Below are positions 56,437-64,000 of a stretch of 64,000 bases of DNA, piece by piece; the first letter of the stretch is position 1; every line of letters starts with the position of its first letter. Origin of the DNA: an uncultured Phycisphaerales bacterium (GTDB lineage Bacteria; Planctomycetota; Phycisphaerae; Sedimentisphaerales; Anaerohalosphaeraceae). The translations under genes were made by a program, and so were the position numbers. The notes under the pieces were generated by a model. That model was not told the DNA's origin and did not search any database. It worked only from the letters and a program-made list of their open reading frames with translations. The stretch is from contig CALMLO010000006.1 in assembly GCA_937868095.1 (NCBI GenBank), positions 1,791 to 65,790 on the forward strand. Reading direction: 5' to 3'.

Positions 56437-57093
56437 ATGGAACCGACAAAGATACTTCTTTTAGCAGATTTGCACGGACGGGCGGATGGGCTGGAGTCCA
56501 TTGCCGGCGGGTGGGATGTTGTTGTTCTTGCCGGAGATATTACCAATTACAGCGAGGCGGATAAGGCCAAAAAGATACTGGATATACTGGAAAAGAAATG
56601 CCCTTATATCTTTGGGGTCCCCGGCAATTGTGATTCTCCTCGAGTGAAAGAAATTCTTGAAGAACGCGGTTTTTTGCTGAACGGCCGCATTCAAGAAGTC
56701 AAGGGGCTGAAGTTTTTAGGGGTTGGAGGCACGGAGCCGGCTGTATTAAATCATCCGAAAGTAATAGCCAATTCAAACTTTCTTAAGCTTTTTGAGCAGG
56801 GTAAACCCGCCTTAAAAGCCGCAAACTCAATAGTCCTGGTAACCCATCAGCCGCCTTTTGAAACAGCCGTTGATAAATTTACTGAGGGGAAGCATACCGG
56901 CAGTTTGGCCCTGCGCCGCTTTATTGAGGAAGCTCAGCCGATTCTGGCTGTTTCTGGCCACATGCATCAGGCCAGAGGAATAGATAAAATAGGAAAAACT
57001 CACCTTGTAAATCCGGGACCTTTCCTTGATGGATTTTATGCGATTGCTCACCTTGCGGGCAATTCCATAAAAATAGATTTATTATCTATATAA
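56437..57093 (+). CDS. metallophosphoesterase family protein
   Basis: Motifs ILLLADLHGR, VVLAGDITN, GNCD, LVTHQPP, SGHMH (calcineurin-like phosphoesterase motifs). Confidence 0.75.
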   Translation: MEPTKILLLADLHGRADGLESIAGGWDVVVLAGDITNYSEADKAKKILDILEKKCPYIFGVPGNCDSPRVKEILEERGFLLNGRIQEVKGLKFLGVGGTEPAVLNHPKVIANSNFLKLFEQGKPALKAANSIVLVTHQPPFETAVDKFTEGKHTGSLALRRFIEEAQPILAVSGHMHQARGIDKIGKTHLVNPGPFLDGFYAIAHLAGNSIKIDLLSI

Positions 57094-57172
57094 AGTCTGG
57101 ATTATTCTTGGTTGGTCAACACATGAAATTTTTGGAAAGTGAGGATTTATATAAGAACAAAAACTAAATAGG

Positions 57173-57195
57173 AACTTATACTATTTAATTAAGTT
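57173..57195 (+). promoter_or_regulatory. AT-rich inverted repeat abutting the Fur-family gene start (candidate Fur/PerR box)
   Basis: AACTTA-TACTATTTAAT-TAAGTT. The outer 6-nt arms are perfectly complementary and the core TTATACTATTTAATTAA loosely resembles 7-1-7 Fur/PerR boxes. It ends 1 nt before ATG 57196. Confidence 0.3.
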
Positions 57196-57684
57196 ATGAA
57201 AGAAGCAGAAATGGTTTTCGAGCAAACCAATAATCAGGAAGAAAGATTAGCCCAATTCGAAAACCTGTGCAGAGAAAAGGGTTTGAGGATTACCCCTCAG
57301 CGGATTGCGGTTTTCAAGGCATTGCTTGAATCCAAATCGCATCCGACGGCTGAAGAAGTCTATCGTCAGGTAAAAAAACAGATGAGCAATATTTCGTTAG
57401 ATACCGTCAATCGGACCCTGAATACGCTGCTTCAGATTGGAGCCGCCTTTCTGGTGGAGGGCACCGGCCAGCCCAAGCGCTATGACAGCGGGCAGGAAAT
57501 ACATCATCATTTTCGATGTTTAGACTGCGGCGCTGTTATTGATTTTGACTATGACCGCCAGCTCGAAATCCCCCACCATCTGACGGAAAACTTTACCATC
57601 GTGCGAAAAACTGTCTATTTAGAAGGTTTTTGCAAGCAGTGTTCAGAGAAAAGAAAGAAACAATCGGAAGAAAGGAGAAACTGA
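57196..57684 (+). CDS. Fur-family metalloregulator (PerR-like, judged from gene context)
   Basis: Motifs ITPQRIAVFKALLESKSHPTAEEVY (winged helix) and HHHFRCLDCGAVIDF..GFCKQC (two C-x-x-C zinc pairs). A rubrerythrin gene follows immediately. Confidence 0.85.
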   Translation: MKEAEMVFEQTNNQEERLAQFENLCREKGLRITPQRIAVFKALLESKSHPTAEEVYRQVKKQMSNISLDTVNRTLNTLLQIGAAFLVEGTGQPKRYDSGQEIHHHFRCLDCGAVIDFDYDRQLEIPHHLTENFTIVRKTVYLEGFCKQCSEKRKKQSEERRN

Positions 57685-57686
57685 CA

Positions 57687-58259
57687 ATGTCTGTAAAGGG
57701 AACACAAACAGAAAAAAACTTATTAATAGCTTTTTCCGGCGAGTCTCAGGCAAGGAATCGTTATACCTATTTTGCCAGTCAGGCCAAAAAAGACGGTTTT
57801 GAGCAAATCGCCGCCATTTTTCTCGAAACAGCGGATCAGGAAAAAGAGCATGCCAAACGGCTTTTCAAATTTCTCGAGGGTGGTGACCTTGAAATTACGG
57901 CCGCTTTTCCGGCTGGCGTGATTGGGACCACCGAACAGAATCTCGTCCACGCTGCCAAAGGTGAAGATTATGAGACAACCGAAATGTATCCGACTTTTGC
58001 GAAGGTCGCAGACAAAGAAGGGTTCAAGGAAATAGCCGGCGTGTTTCGAAAAATAGCCGTAGCCGAGGCTAGACATCGCGACCGTTACTTGGCTTTACTG
58101 GCGAATGTCAAAGAGGGCAAGGTGTTTAAACGTTCTAAACCTCAGCGATGGGTTTGCAGAAATTGCGGATATGTCCACGAGGGACTGGAGGCACCGGGTA
58201 TGTGTCCTTCCTGTGCCCATCCGCAGGCCTTTTTTGAACTGGAAGCAGTGAATTACTAA
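57687..58259 (+). CDS. rbr: rubrerythrin
   Basis: AAAGGAG RBS. Motifs GTQTEKNLLIAFSGESQARNRYTYFA..EKEHAKRLF..ETTEMYPTFA..EARHRDRY, plus a C-terminal rubredoxin-like segment WVCRNCGY..MCPSCAHP. Confidence 0.92.
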   Translation: MSVKGTQTEKNLLIAFSGESQARNRYTYFASQAKKDGFEQIAAIFLETADQEKEHAKRLFKFLEGGDLEITAAFPAGVIGTTEQNLVHAAKGEDYETTEMYPTFAKVADKEGFKEIAGVFRKIAVAEARHRDRYLALLANVKEGKVFKRSKPQRWVCRNCGYVHEGLEAPGMCPSCAHPQAFFELEAVNY

Positions 58260-58421
58260 TTGAATCGCTTACCGACCCGGAGGGGACGGTTTCACTTTCA
58301 GGGAAGCGCCGGACGGTTCTGAAAACCGACCGGACTTCCTTGAAATAGCAACAGGAATCAAATGAAACGAATTCATACTTCCTGCCTTTTGACAGATTGC
58401 GGAAAAGAAAGGGGCTGAACA

Positions 58422-58937
58422 ATGAACGAACGGAAAGGACTGATTACCTTCCAGGGCAAACCGCTCACGCTGGTTGGCCGCGAACTCAAGGTTGGAGACT
58501 CTCTTCCGGATGTTGCCTTGACGGCTCCAGACTTGTCATCTCTGAAGATTTCTTCGTTTCGCGGCAAAACACTGATTATTTCTACAGTGCCTTCCATCGA
58601 TACGGAGGTGTGCGATCTGCAAACCCGCCGCTTTAACGAAGAAGCTCGAAAAATCGGTCCGGATGCAGCAATCCTGACGGTGAGTATGGATTTGCCCTTT
58701 GCCCAGACGCGATGGTGCCAGGCCGCCGCCGCTGACCGTATCCGAATCGCTTCGGACTATAAAGAAGCGGCCTTTGCAAAAGCCGCAGGGCTGCTGATAA
58801 AAGAACTGCATTTGCTTGCAAGGTCAGTTATAATGGCTGACAAAAATGGAAAAGTTGTCTATATTCAGCTGGTACCCGAGGTGGCATCCGAGCCGGATTA
58901 CGAAGATGTCTTAAAAGCCCTGGCGAGGGTGTTGTAA
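58422..58937 (+). CDS. tpx: thiol peroxidase (atypical 2-Cys peroxiredoxin)
   Basis: Motifs VPSIDTEVCDLQTRRFNEEA..SMDLPFAQTRWC..EPDYEDVLKAL. It closely parallels E. coli Tpx motifs. Confidence 0.9.
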   Translation: MNERKGLITFQGKPLTLVGRELKVGDSLPDVALTAPDLSSLKISSFRGKTLIISTVPSIDTEVCDLQTRRFNEEARKIGPDAAILTVSMDLPFAQTRWCQAAAADRIRIASDYKEAAFAKAAGLLIKELHLLARSVIMADKNGKVVYIQLVPEVASEPDYEDVLKALARVL

Positions 58938-58969
58938 GAAGGGTGATTAGATTTTTAAGGAGTATAACC

Positions 58970-60157
58970 ATGAGGACGCTTGCAGAACGTGTTTATGAAG
59001 TCGGGGTTCAGCACTGGGACCGGCGCCTCTTTGATGAACTGATCCCGCTGCCGGATGGGACCAGTTACAATGCCTACCTCATTAAAGGCAGCCGAAAAAC
59101 AGCACTGCTGGATGCAGTGGACCCTGCTAAAGCCGCTGAATTGATTGACCATTTGGTTCAGGCCGGAGTTGATAAACTCGATTATATTATCAGTCATCAC
59201 GCCGAACAGGACCATTCCGGCAGCATCCCGGATGTGCTTCTGATGTATCCCGATGCCAAAGTTGTGACAAATCCCAAATGCAAAGGGATGCTGATGGACC
59301 ACCTCCGGCTGGAAGAAGAGCAGCTTCTGCTCATCGAAGACGGCCAGGAACTTTCACTGGGTGACAAAACCCTTCGGTTTCTTTATACCCCATGGGTTCA
59401 TTGGCCCGAAACAATGTGCACCTGGCTGCCGGAAGACCGCATTCTGTTCAGTTGCGACTTTTTCGGCTCCCACCGCGCATCCAGCCGGTTGTATGTGGAA
59501 GATGAGCCGGCGGTTTACGAGTCGGCCAAACGCTACTATGCCGAAATTATGATGCCGTTTCGCTCGGCTATTCGGGGCAATCTGAAAAAACTCGAAGGGC
59601 TTGACATTCGCCTCATCGCCCCCAGCCATGGGCCGGTCTATCCCAAGCCCTCCTTTATTTTGGATGCCTATAAAGACTGGGTCAGTGATGAGGTGAAAAA
59701 TGAAGTTGTAATTGCTTATGTTTCTATGCATGACAGCACACGCCGCATGGTGGAGTATTTTACAGAGGCACTGGCCCAGCGGGATATCGGCGTATATCCA
59801 TTCAATTTAATCGGCGGGGATATCGGCAGACTTGCGATTTCCCTCGTAGATGCCGCAACCGTTATTCTTGCTTCGCCGACCGTGCTGACAGGGCCTCATC
59901 CAAACGCGGCCTATGCTGCAATGCTTATCAACGCATTGCGTCCCAAGACGCGTTTTCTCGGCTTGCTCGGTTCCTACGGCTGGGGCGGCAAAATGCCCGA
60001 ACAATTGACCGCTCTTTTGAGCGGGCTGAAGGCCGAGATGCTTCCGCCCGTCATAGCCAAGGGCTATCCGACCGAAGCCGTTTTCAACGGTCTCGATGAA
60101 TTGGCCCAGATGATTTTGAATCGCCATCGGGAAGCCGGCCTGTTGGGCCCTCAATAA
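58970..60157 (+). CDS. fprA: flavodiiron protein (FprA / rubredoxin:oxygen oxidoreductase type)
   Basis: AAGGAG RBS. Metallo-beta-lactamase-like diiron motif ISHHAEQDHSGS, and a C-terminal flavodoxin-like domain (VVIAYVSMHDSTRRM). Confidence 0.88.
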   Translation: MRTLAERVYEVGVQHWDRRLFDELIPLPDGTSYNAYLIKGSRKTALLDAVDPAKAAELIDHLVQAGVDKLDYIISHHAEQDHSGSIPDVLLMYPDAKVVTNPKCKGMLMDHLRLEEEQLLLIEDGQELSLGDKTLRFLYTPWVHWPETMCTWLPEDRILFSCDFFGSHRASSRLYVEDEPAVYESAKRYYAEIMMPFRSAIRGNLKKLEGLDIRLIAPSHGPVYPKPSFILDAYKDWVSDEVKNEVVIAYVSMHDSTRRMVEYFTEALAQRDIGVYPFNLIGGDIGRLAISLVDAATVILASPTVLTGPHPNAAYAAMLINALRPKTRFLGLLGSYGWGGKMPEQLTALLSGLKAEMLPPVIAKGYPTEAVFNGLDELAQMILNRHREAGLLGPQ

Positions 60158-60186
60158 CATCACTCGACTATAGAAAGGGGAAAGAA

Positions 60187-60687
60187 ATGATTTCAAAGGT
60201 GATAGAAAAGGCATTCAATGAACAGCTGGGTGCGGAAACATACTCAGCATATCTGTATTGGTCCATGTCGGCGGCTCTGGAAGATATGCAGCTGCCGGGT
60301 TTTGCTCAATGGATGCGTGCACAGGCCGCAGAGGAGATGACCCACGCCGCCAAGTTTTATCATCATCTTGCAGAGCGAGGCGGCCGAATCCGCTTAGGGG
60401 AGGTGGCCGCTCCGCTGGCGGACTGGGAATCCCTCCAGAAAATGTTTGAAGATGTCCTCAAACATGAACGGCATGTGACCGCCTTGATTCATAATTTGGT
60501 CGAACTGGCGGCCAAAGAAAAGGATTATGCCGCCGCCGTGTTCCTCCAGTGGTTTGTCAGCGAACAGGTGGAGGAAGAGGCAGGCGTAGAATTGATTTTA
60601 GCTAAACTCAAAATGATTGCCGACGGCAAGAGCGGGTTGTACATGCTGGATAAGGAAATGGGACAACGGCCGATACAAGGAGACTGA
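60187..60687 (+). CDS. ftn: non-haem ferritin
   Basis: Motifs FNEQLGAETYSAYLYWSMSAA..FAQWMRAQAAEEMTHAAKFYHHL..HERHVTALI..FLQWFVSEQVEEE. Confidence 0.9.
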   Translation: MISKVIEKAFNEQLGAETYSAYLYWSMSAALEDMQLPGFAQWMRAQAAEEMTHAAKFYHHLAERGGRIRLGEVAAPLADWESLQKMFEDVLKHERHVTALIHNLVELAAKEKDYAAAVFLQWFVSEQVEEEAGVELILAKLKMIADGKSGLYMLDKEMGQRPIQGD

Positions 60688-60689
60688 CA

Positions 60690-61178
60690 ATGGCGATTAC
60701 CTTCAATGCAGATGAAATTTTTGAAATCGCAGAACGAATTGAGCAGAATGCAGCCCGATTTTATCGGGAAGCAGCCGGCAAAGCTGCCTCAGCGGCTTTG
60801 AAGAAAATGCTCCTCGACCTGGCTATGATGGAAGAGGGACACGAGAAAACGTTTGCCTTGATGCGAAAGGATTTGACCGATTCAGAAAAAGAATCGACTG
60901 TTTATGACCCGGATGGGCAAGCAGCGCAATATTTAAGAACTATGGCTGACTTTTACGGCACAGAAGGCAAAGCCGGCCCAATGGAAAATTTAACCGGCAG
61001 AGAGTCGATGGAAGAACTGCTGAAAATCGCCATCAATGCCGAGAAAGACTCCATTGCTTTTTATGTCGGTATCAAAGGGCTGGTTCCTTCCAAAAAGGGC
61101 AAAGACAAAGTGGAAAAAATCATTGCAGAAGAGATGTCCCATGTCGTAGCCTTGGGTGCCAAACTCCAGTCCTTGTAA
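60690..61178 (+). CDS. ferritin-like diiron four-helix-bundle protein (rubrerythrin family without a rubredoxin domain)
   Basis: Two E-x-x-H motifs (MMEEGHEKTF; AEEMSHVVAL) and the AINAEKDSIAFY pattern. Confidence 0.7.
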   Translation: MAITFNADEIFEIAERIEQNAARFYREAAGKAASAALKKMLLDLAMMEEGHEKTFALMRKDLTDSEKESTVYDPDGQAAQYLRTMADFYGTEGKAGPMENLTGRESMEELLKIAINAEKDSIAFYVGIKGLVPSKKGKDKVEKIIAEEMSHVVALGAKLQSL

Positions 61179-61330
61179 GAAGACCCTCGAACAAGCATGA
61201 TTTTCAGCAAGGAGGTCTTCGGAGAACTTGGGCGGAATTTCTTCAATCCGGCCAGGACCGAATGCTGTTTTGTTTATAACGGTTTTCTTGCGGTGATGAT
61301 TTTTATCGGATTTACAGGGGCGACGTCCCG

Positions 61331-62344
61331 ATGACTTTCGAATCTTGTCAGATTACGATAAACAACTCCCGCAAACAGATGGTTCGGGGCGGCAAGTCGC
61401 TTCTGGCGACCTTGCACGAACAGAAAATCTTTATTCCGACGGCATGCGGAGGACGCGCCGTATGCGGCCTATGCAAAGTAAAAGTTCTCAAAGGCGGCGG
61501 ACCGCTTACGTCCCCCGAAAAACCCCTCCTCACGCAGCAGGAACAGGCAAACGGATTTCGTCTGGCTTGTCAGGTGAAGGTCCAGGGTGATTTGGAGATT
61601 GAGATTCCCGACGACTTGTTTCGGATTCGCCGCTATCGGGCCCGCTGCAGCAAAATTGAGGATTTGACCGATGACATGAAGCGGTTCACCTTTGAACTGG
61701 AAAACCCCAAGACCATCGACTTTACAGCGGGCCAGTATATCCAGCTCCGCTGTCCGCCTTATAACGGCAGCCGAGAAGGAGTAACACGGTCCTATTCTAT
61801 CGCTTCGAACCCGCAGGAAAACCATCATATTGATTTAATCATCCGCCGCATGCCCCACGGAATTTGTACAACCTGGTGTTTTGAGCATCTCAAAGTGAAG
61901 GATGCTGTTTATTTTACCGGGCCGTATGGGGATTTCCATCTGCGACCTGCGGATGCTCCGAAAATTTTTATCGCCGGCGGAAGCGGTATCGCACCATTTG
62001 TTTCGATTCTTTGGCAGATGAAGAATAACGCGGACAAACGGAAAGCGGTTTTCTTCTTCGGCTGCAATCGGATAGAAGATTTGTGCTTGCTGGACGAAAT
62101 GAAGCGGTTTGAGCAGGAATTGGCCGATTTTCACTTTGTGCCGGTGGTTGCTTCCCCTTCGCCCGAAAGCGGCTGGAAAGGCCAGACCGGACTGGTTACC
62201 GAAGCCGTGCAGCGAAGTTTCCAAACCCTTCGCGGCTGGGAAGGGTACCTGTGCGGCGGGCCGGGCATGATTGAGGCGGCAGTTCGAGTTTTGGCCGAAC
62301 TCGGAATCCCGCAGGAGAACATTTATTATGACAAGTTTGCATAA
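61331..62344 (+). CDS. soluble 2Fe-2S ferredoxin + FAD/NAD(P)-binding (FNR/NqrF-type) oxidoreductase
   Basis: Cluster motif ACGGRAVCGLCKV, FAD motif RSYSIAS, NAD motif IAGGSGIAPF, C-terminal YYDKFA. It lacks the N-terminal TM helix of true NqrF. Confidence 0.8.
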   Translation: MTFESCQITINNSRKQMVRGGKSLLATLHEQKIFIPTACGGRAVCGLCKVKVLKGGGPLTSPEKPLLTQQEQANGFRLACQVKVQGDLEIEIPDDLFRIRRYRARCSKIEDLTDDMKRFTFELENPKTIDFTAGQYIQLRCPPYNGSREGVTRSYSIASNPQENHHIDLIIRRMPHGICTTWCFEHLKVKDAVYFTGPYGDFHLRPADAPKIFIAGGSGIAPFVSILWQMKNNADKRKAVFFFGCNRIEDLCLLDEMKRFEQELADFHFVPVVASPSPESGWKGQTGLVTEAVQRSFQTLRGWEGYLCGGPGMIEAAVRVLAELGIPQENIYYDKFA

Positions 62345-62809
62345 ATGGGGCCTCGTATGAAGCGTTCGCCTTCAGAAATCAAACTGGAACAAATGCTCCG
62401 CAGCTCCAAACTTGTGGCCGGCGGTTTTATGGGTAATGATCCCCGCACGCCTGAAGAAATCATCCGGGACGATGCTGCCGCCCTCCAGCGTTTGGGCAGG
62501 ACAGCCGCCGAAATAGCCCAGCGAATGCGGACGTTGACAAATACCGCACGCGCTGCTTTGGGAAACTGGGTGGAAGCAGAAGGAAAATACCGCCTTCGGA
62601 GCGAAGAGTGGAAGGGGATGCTGATTTGCCCCTGGCCGCATCCGGGACGATTTGAAAAGCGGCTTACTGCCTGCCGGCGGCTGGATACGGGCGAAGAAAT
62701 TGTATGGTCGGATTTGAATATTCATTTGATTGAGGCCCATGGATTTTTTGAAGGAAAGGGCTCTCCTTTCCGACTGGAGCCCGAAACGCTGGTGCGTATC
62801 CTTTTTTAA
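62345..62809 (+). CDS. hypothetical protein, no family recognised
   Basis: ORF of 154 aa that starts right after the stop of the reductase gene (TAA-ATG); an alternative ATG is at 62357. I found no motif I can name. Confidence 0.55.
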   Translation: MGPRMKRSPSEIKLEQMLRSSKLVAGGFMGNDPRTPEEIIRDDAAALQRLGRTAAEIAQRMRTLTNTARAALGNWVEAEGKYRLRSEEWKGMLICPWPHPGRFEKRLTACRRLDTGEEIVWSDLNIHLIEAHGFFEGKGSPFRLEPETLVRILF

Positions 62810-62866
62810 CAGGCCGGTTTGAACAAAAAATCACAAGTAAACGTTGAATAAGAAAGGATGATGACG

Positions 62867-63028
62867 ATGAAGAAGTATCGATGCCTGATGTGCGGCTATA
62901 TCTATGACCCGAAAAAAGGAGACCCCGAAAGCGGCATCCAGCCGGGCACGGCCTTTGAGGATTTGCCCGAAGATTGGGTCTGTCCGGAGTGCGGCGCCGG
63001 CAAAGAGGAGTTCGAAGAAGTCTCCTGA
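62867..63028 (+). CDS. rub: rubredoxin (53 aa; absent from the supplied ORF track)
   Basis: Manual translation: [53 protein letters not shown]. It has two C-x-x-C-G knuckles, the YDP and DW signatures, an AAAGGA RBS 9 nt upstream and a terminator downstream. In-frame ATGs at 62858 and 62861 are possible alternative starts. Confidence 0.92.
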   Translation: MKKYRCLMCGYIYDPKKGDPESGIQPGTAFEDLPEDWVCPECGAGKEEFEEVS

Positions 63029-63046
63029 GCCGGCATAGATTTCCAA

Positions 63047-63083
63047 AAGCCCTGCGGAGCAGCCCGCAGGGCTTCGCCTTTTT
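63047..63083 (+). terminator. rho-independent terminator after rubredoxin
   Basis: 11-bp stem AAGCCCTGCGG / CCGCAGGGCTT with a 6-nt loop, then CGCCTTTTT. Confidence 0.8.
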
Positions 63084-63107
63084 AAGGCAGAGAAAGAACC
63101 CGTAAAG

Positions 63108-64000
63108 ATGGAAAAAATTTATCCGACTCTCGAGAAACCCGGCCCGCTGTTCTGTGTGGAGTCACCCGCCGGCCCCGCCTCCTTTGTCGTTTTTGGAGCA
63201 TCCGGAGATTTGGCCCACCGCAAACTCTACCCCAGTCTGTTTGAACTCTTTTGCGGCGACCTGCTCAGCCGCCGTTTCTATCTGCTTGGCTGCGGAAGAA
63301 CCCCGCTGTCTGATGAGCAGTTTCGGGCCGGCATTGAACAAGCCCTGCAAACAGAGTCGGACGTCAAAAAAACCCAGCAAAAAAAGGCCTTTCTCGAGCG
63401 CTGCTTCTATACAGCCGGCGATTATCAGTCGGATCAATTGTATGAAGACCTCCGCCTTCGTTTAAGCCGTCTTGACGAGCAGTTTGATATTGATGGGGTG
63501 CGCCTTTTTTACATGGCGGTGCCGCCCGCCGTAGTAGGAACGATTGCAGAACGCCTGGCGGAGCATAAACTTACTTGTCCGGCCGTCTCCGGCCGTTTGC
63601 AGGATGTCCGCCTTGTCCTCGAAAAGCCCTTTGGAACCGATACCGCCTCCGCCCGGGAACTGGATAGGGTGTTGCACCGCTGTTTTCAGGAATCCAAAAT
63701 CTACCGCCTTGACCACTATCTCGGCAAGGATACGGTACAGAATATCCTCGTATTTCGCTTTGCAAACAGTCTTTTTGAGCCGATTTGGAATCGCAACTAC
63801 ATTGACCATATTCAAATCACACTTGCCGAATCGCTGGGCGTCGAGCATCGAGGCGGCTATTATGACCAGACAGGAGCCCTGCGGGATATGTTTCAGAACC
63901 ACATGCTCCAGATGCTCTCGCTGGTAGCGATGGAGCCCCCCAGTTCCCTCGATGCCGAGCCGCTCCGGGACGAAAAGGCCAAGGTTCTCCGCTCAATTGC
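63108..64000 (+). CDS. zwf: glucose-6-phosphate 1-dehydrogenase, 5' part (runs off the window; absent from the ORF track)
   Basis: Manual translation from ATG 63108 gives [20 protein letters not shown] (NADP motif), EKPFG, the [11 protein letters not shown] active-site signature and MFQNHMLQ. The frame is open to nt 64000. Confidence 0.9.
   Translation, partial: MEKIYPTLEKPGPLFCVESPAGPASFVVFGASGDLAHRKLYPSLFELFCGDLLSRRFYLLGCGRTPLSDEQFRAGIEQALQTESDVKKTQQKKAFLERCFYTAGDYQSDQLYEDLRLRLSRLDEQFDIDGVRLFYMAVPPAVVGTIAERLAEHKLTCPAVSGRLQDVRLVLEKPFGTDTASARELDRVLHRCFQESKIYRLDHYLGKDTVQNILVFRFANSLFEPIWNRNYIDHIQITLAESLGVEHRGGYYDQTGALRDMFQNHMLQMLSLVAMEPPSSLDAEPLRDEKAKVLRSI

Noticed and set aside
62831-63046. 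A 71-aa minus-strand ORF listed in the track.
   Set aside because: It is exactly antisense to a textbook rubredoxin gene that has its own RBS and terminator on the plus strand.

Overview
The window looks like chromosome from an anaerobic PVC-superphylum bacterium, probably Planctomycetota/Phycisphaerae-like. That placement is inferred from prepilin/DUF1559-type N-termini ([14 protein letters not shown]), ECF sigma plus FecR-type anti-sigma pairs and dockerin-like C-terminal tails; there is no rRNA to confirm it. Layout: (i) 1-20.0 kb is one co-directional, tightly packed glycan-degradation unit. It holds the tail of a LamG/dockerin protein, two giant multimodular enzymes (GH43+GH5 and GH43+GH30), a double GH43, a single GH43, a tandem esterase and a GH95. 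Each giant enzyme is followed by the same FN3-LamG-FN3-FN3-MAM-dockerin cassette, whose last 625 bp are nearly identical between the two genes. (ii) 20.2-35.3 kb holds two similarly built cassettes, each with an ECF sigma, a FecR-like anti-sigma and two tandem paralogous secreted dockerin-tagged proteins. In cassette A the anti-sigma C-terminus is a paralogue of the N-terminal module of both downstream proteins, one of which is a PL1 pectate lyase. The cassettes are separated by tadA and followed by a prepilin-like gene. (iii) 35.4-44.5 kb holds tRNA-Ser(GGA), an esterase plus GH78 rhamnosidase, an SNase-like nuclease, tRNA-Asp(GTC), DJ-1, a pseudopilin and a GH31 with PA14 insert. (iv) 44.6-57 kb is housekeeping: PEBP, FHA-GAF, rsmD, a receiver, rluB, a coiled-coil protein, nnrE, rpsO-pnp, an NtrC-type activator, DAHP synthase and a metallophosphoesterase. 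(v) 57.1-64 kb is an anaerobe-type oxidative-stress island: Fur/PerR-like regulator, rubrerythrin, Tpx, flavodiiron protein, ferritin, ferritin-like protein, 2Fe-2S/FNR-type reductase, an unknown protein, a 53-aa rubredoxin and the 5' part of zwf. The rubredoxin is absent from the ORF track because it is too short, and zwf because it runs off the window. I saw no CRISPR array, transposase, integrase, rRNA or recognisable defence genes. The most interesting candidate system is the pair of sigma/anti-sigma/dockerin-protein cassettes. Start codons are my own choices within the supplied ORFs, and all family assignments come from motif recognition by eye, not from searches.
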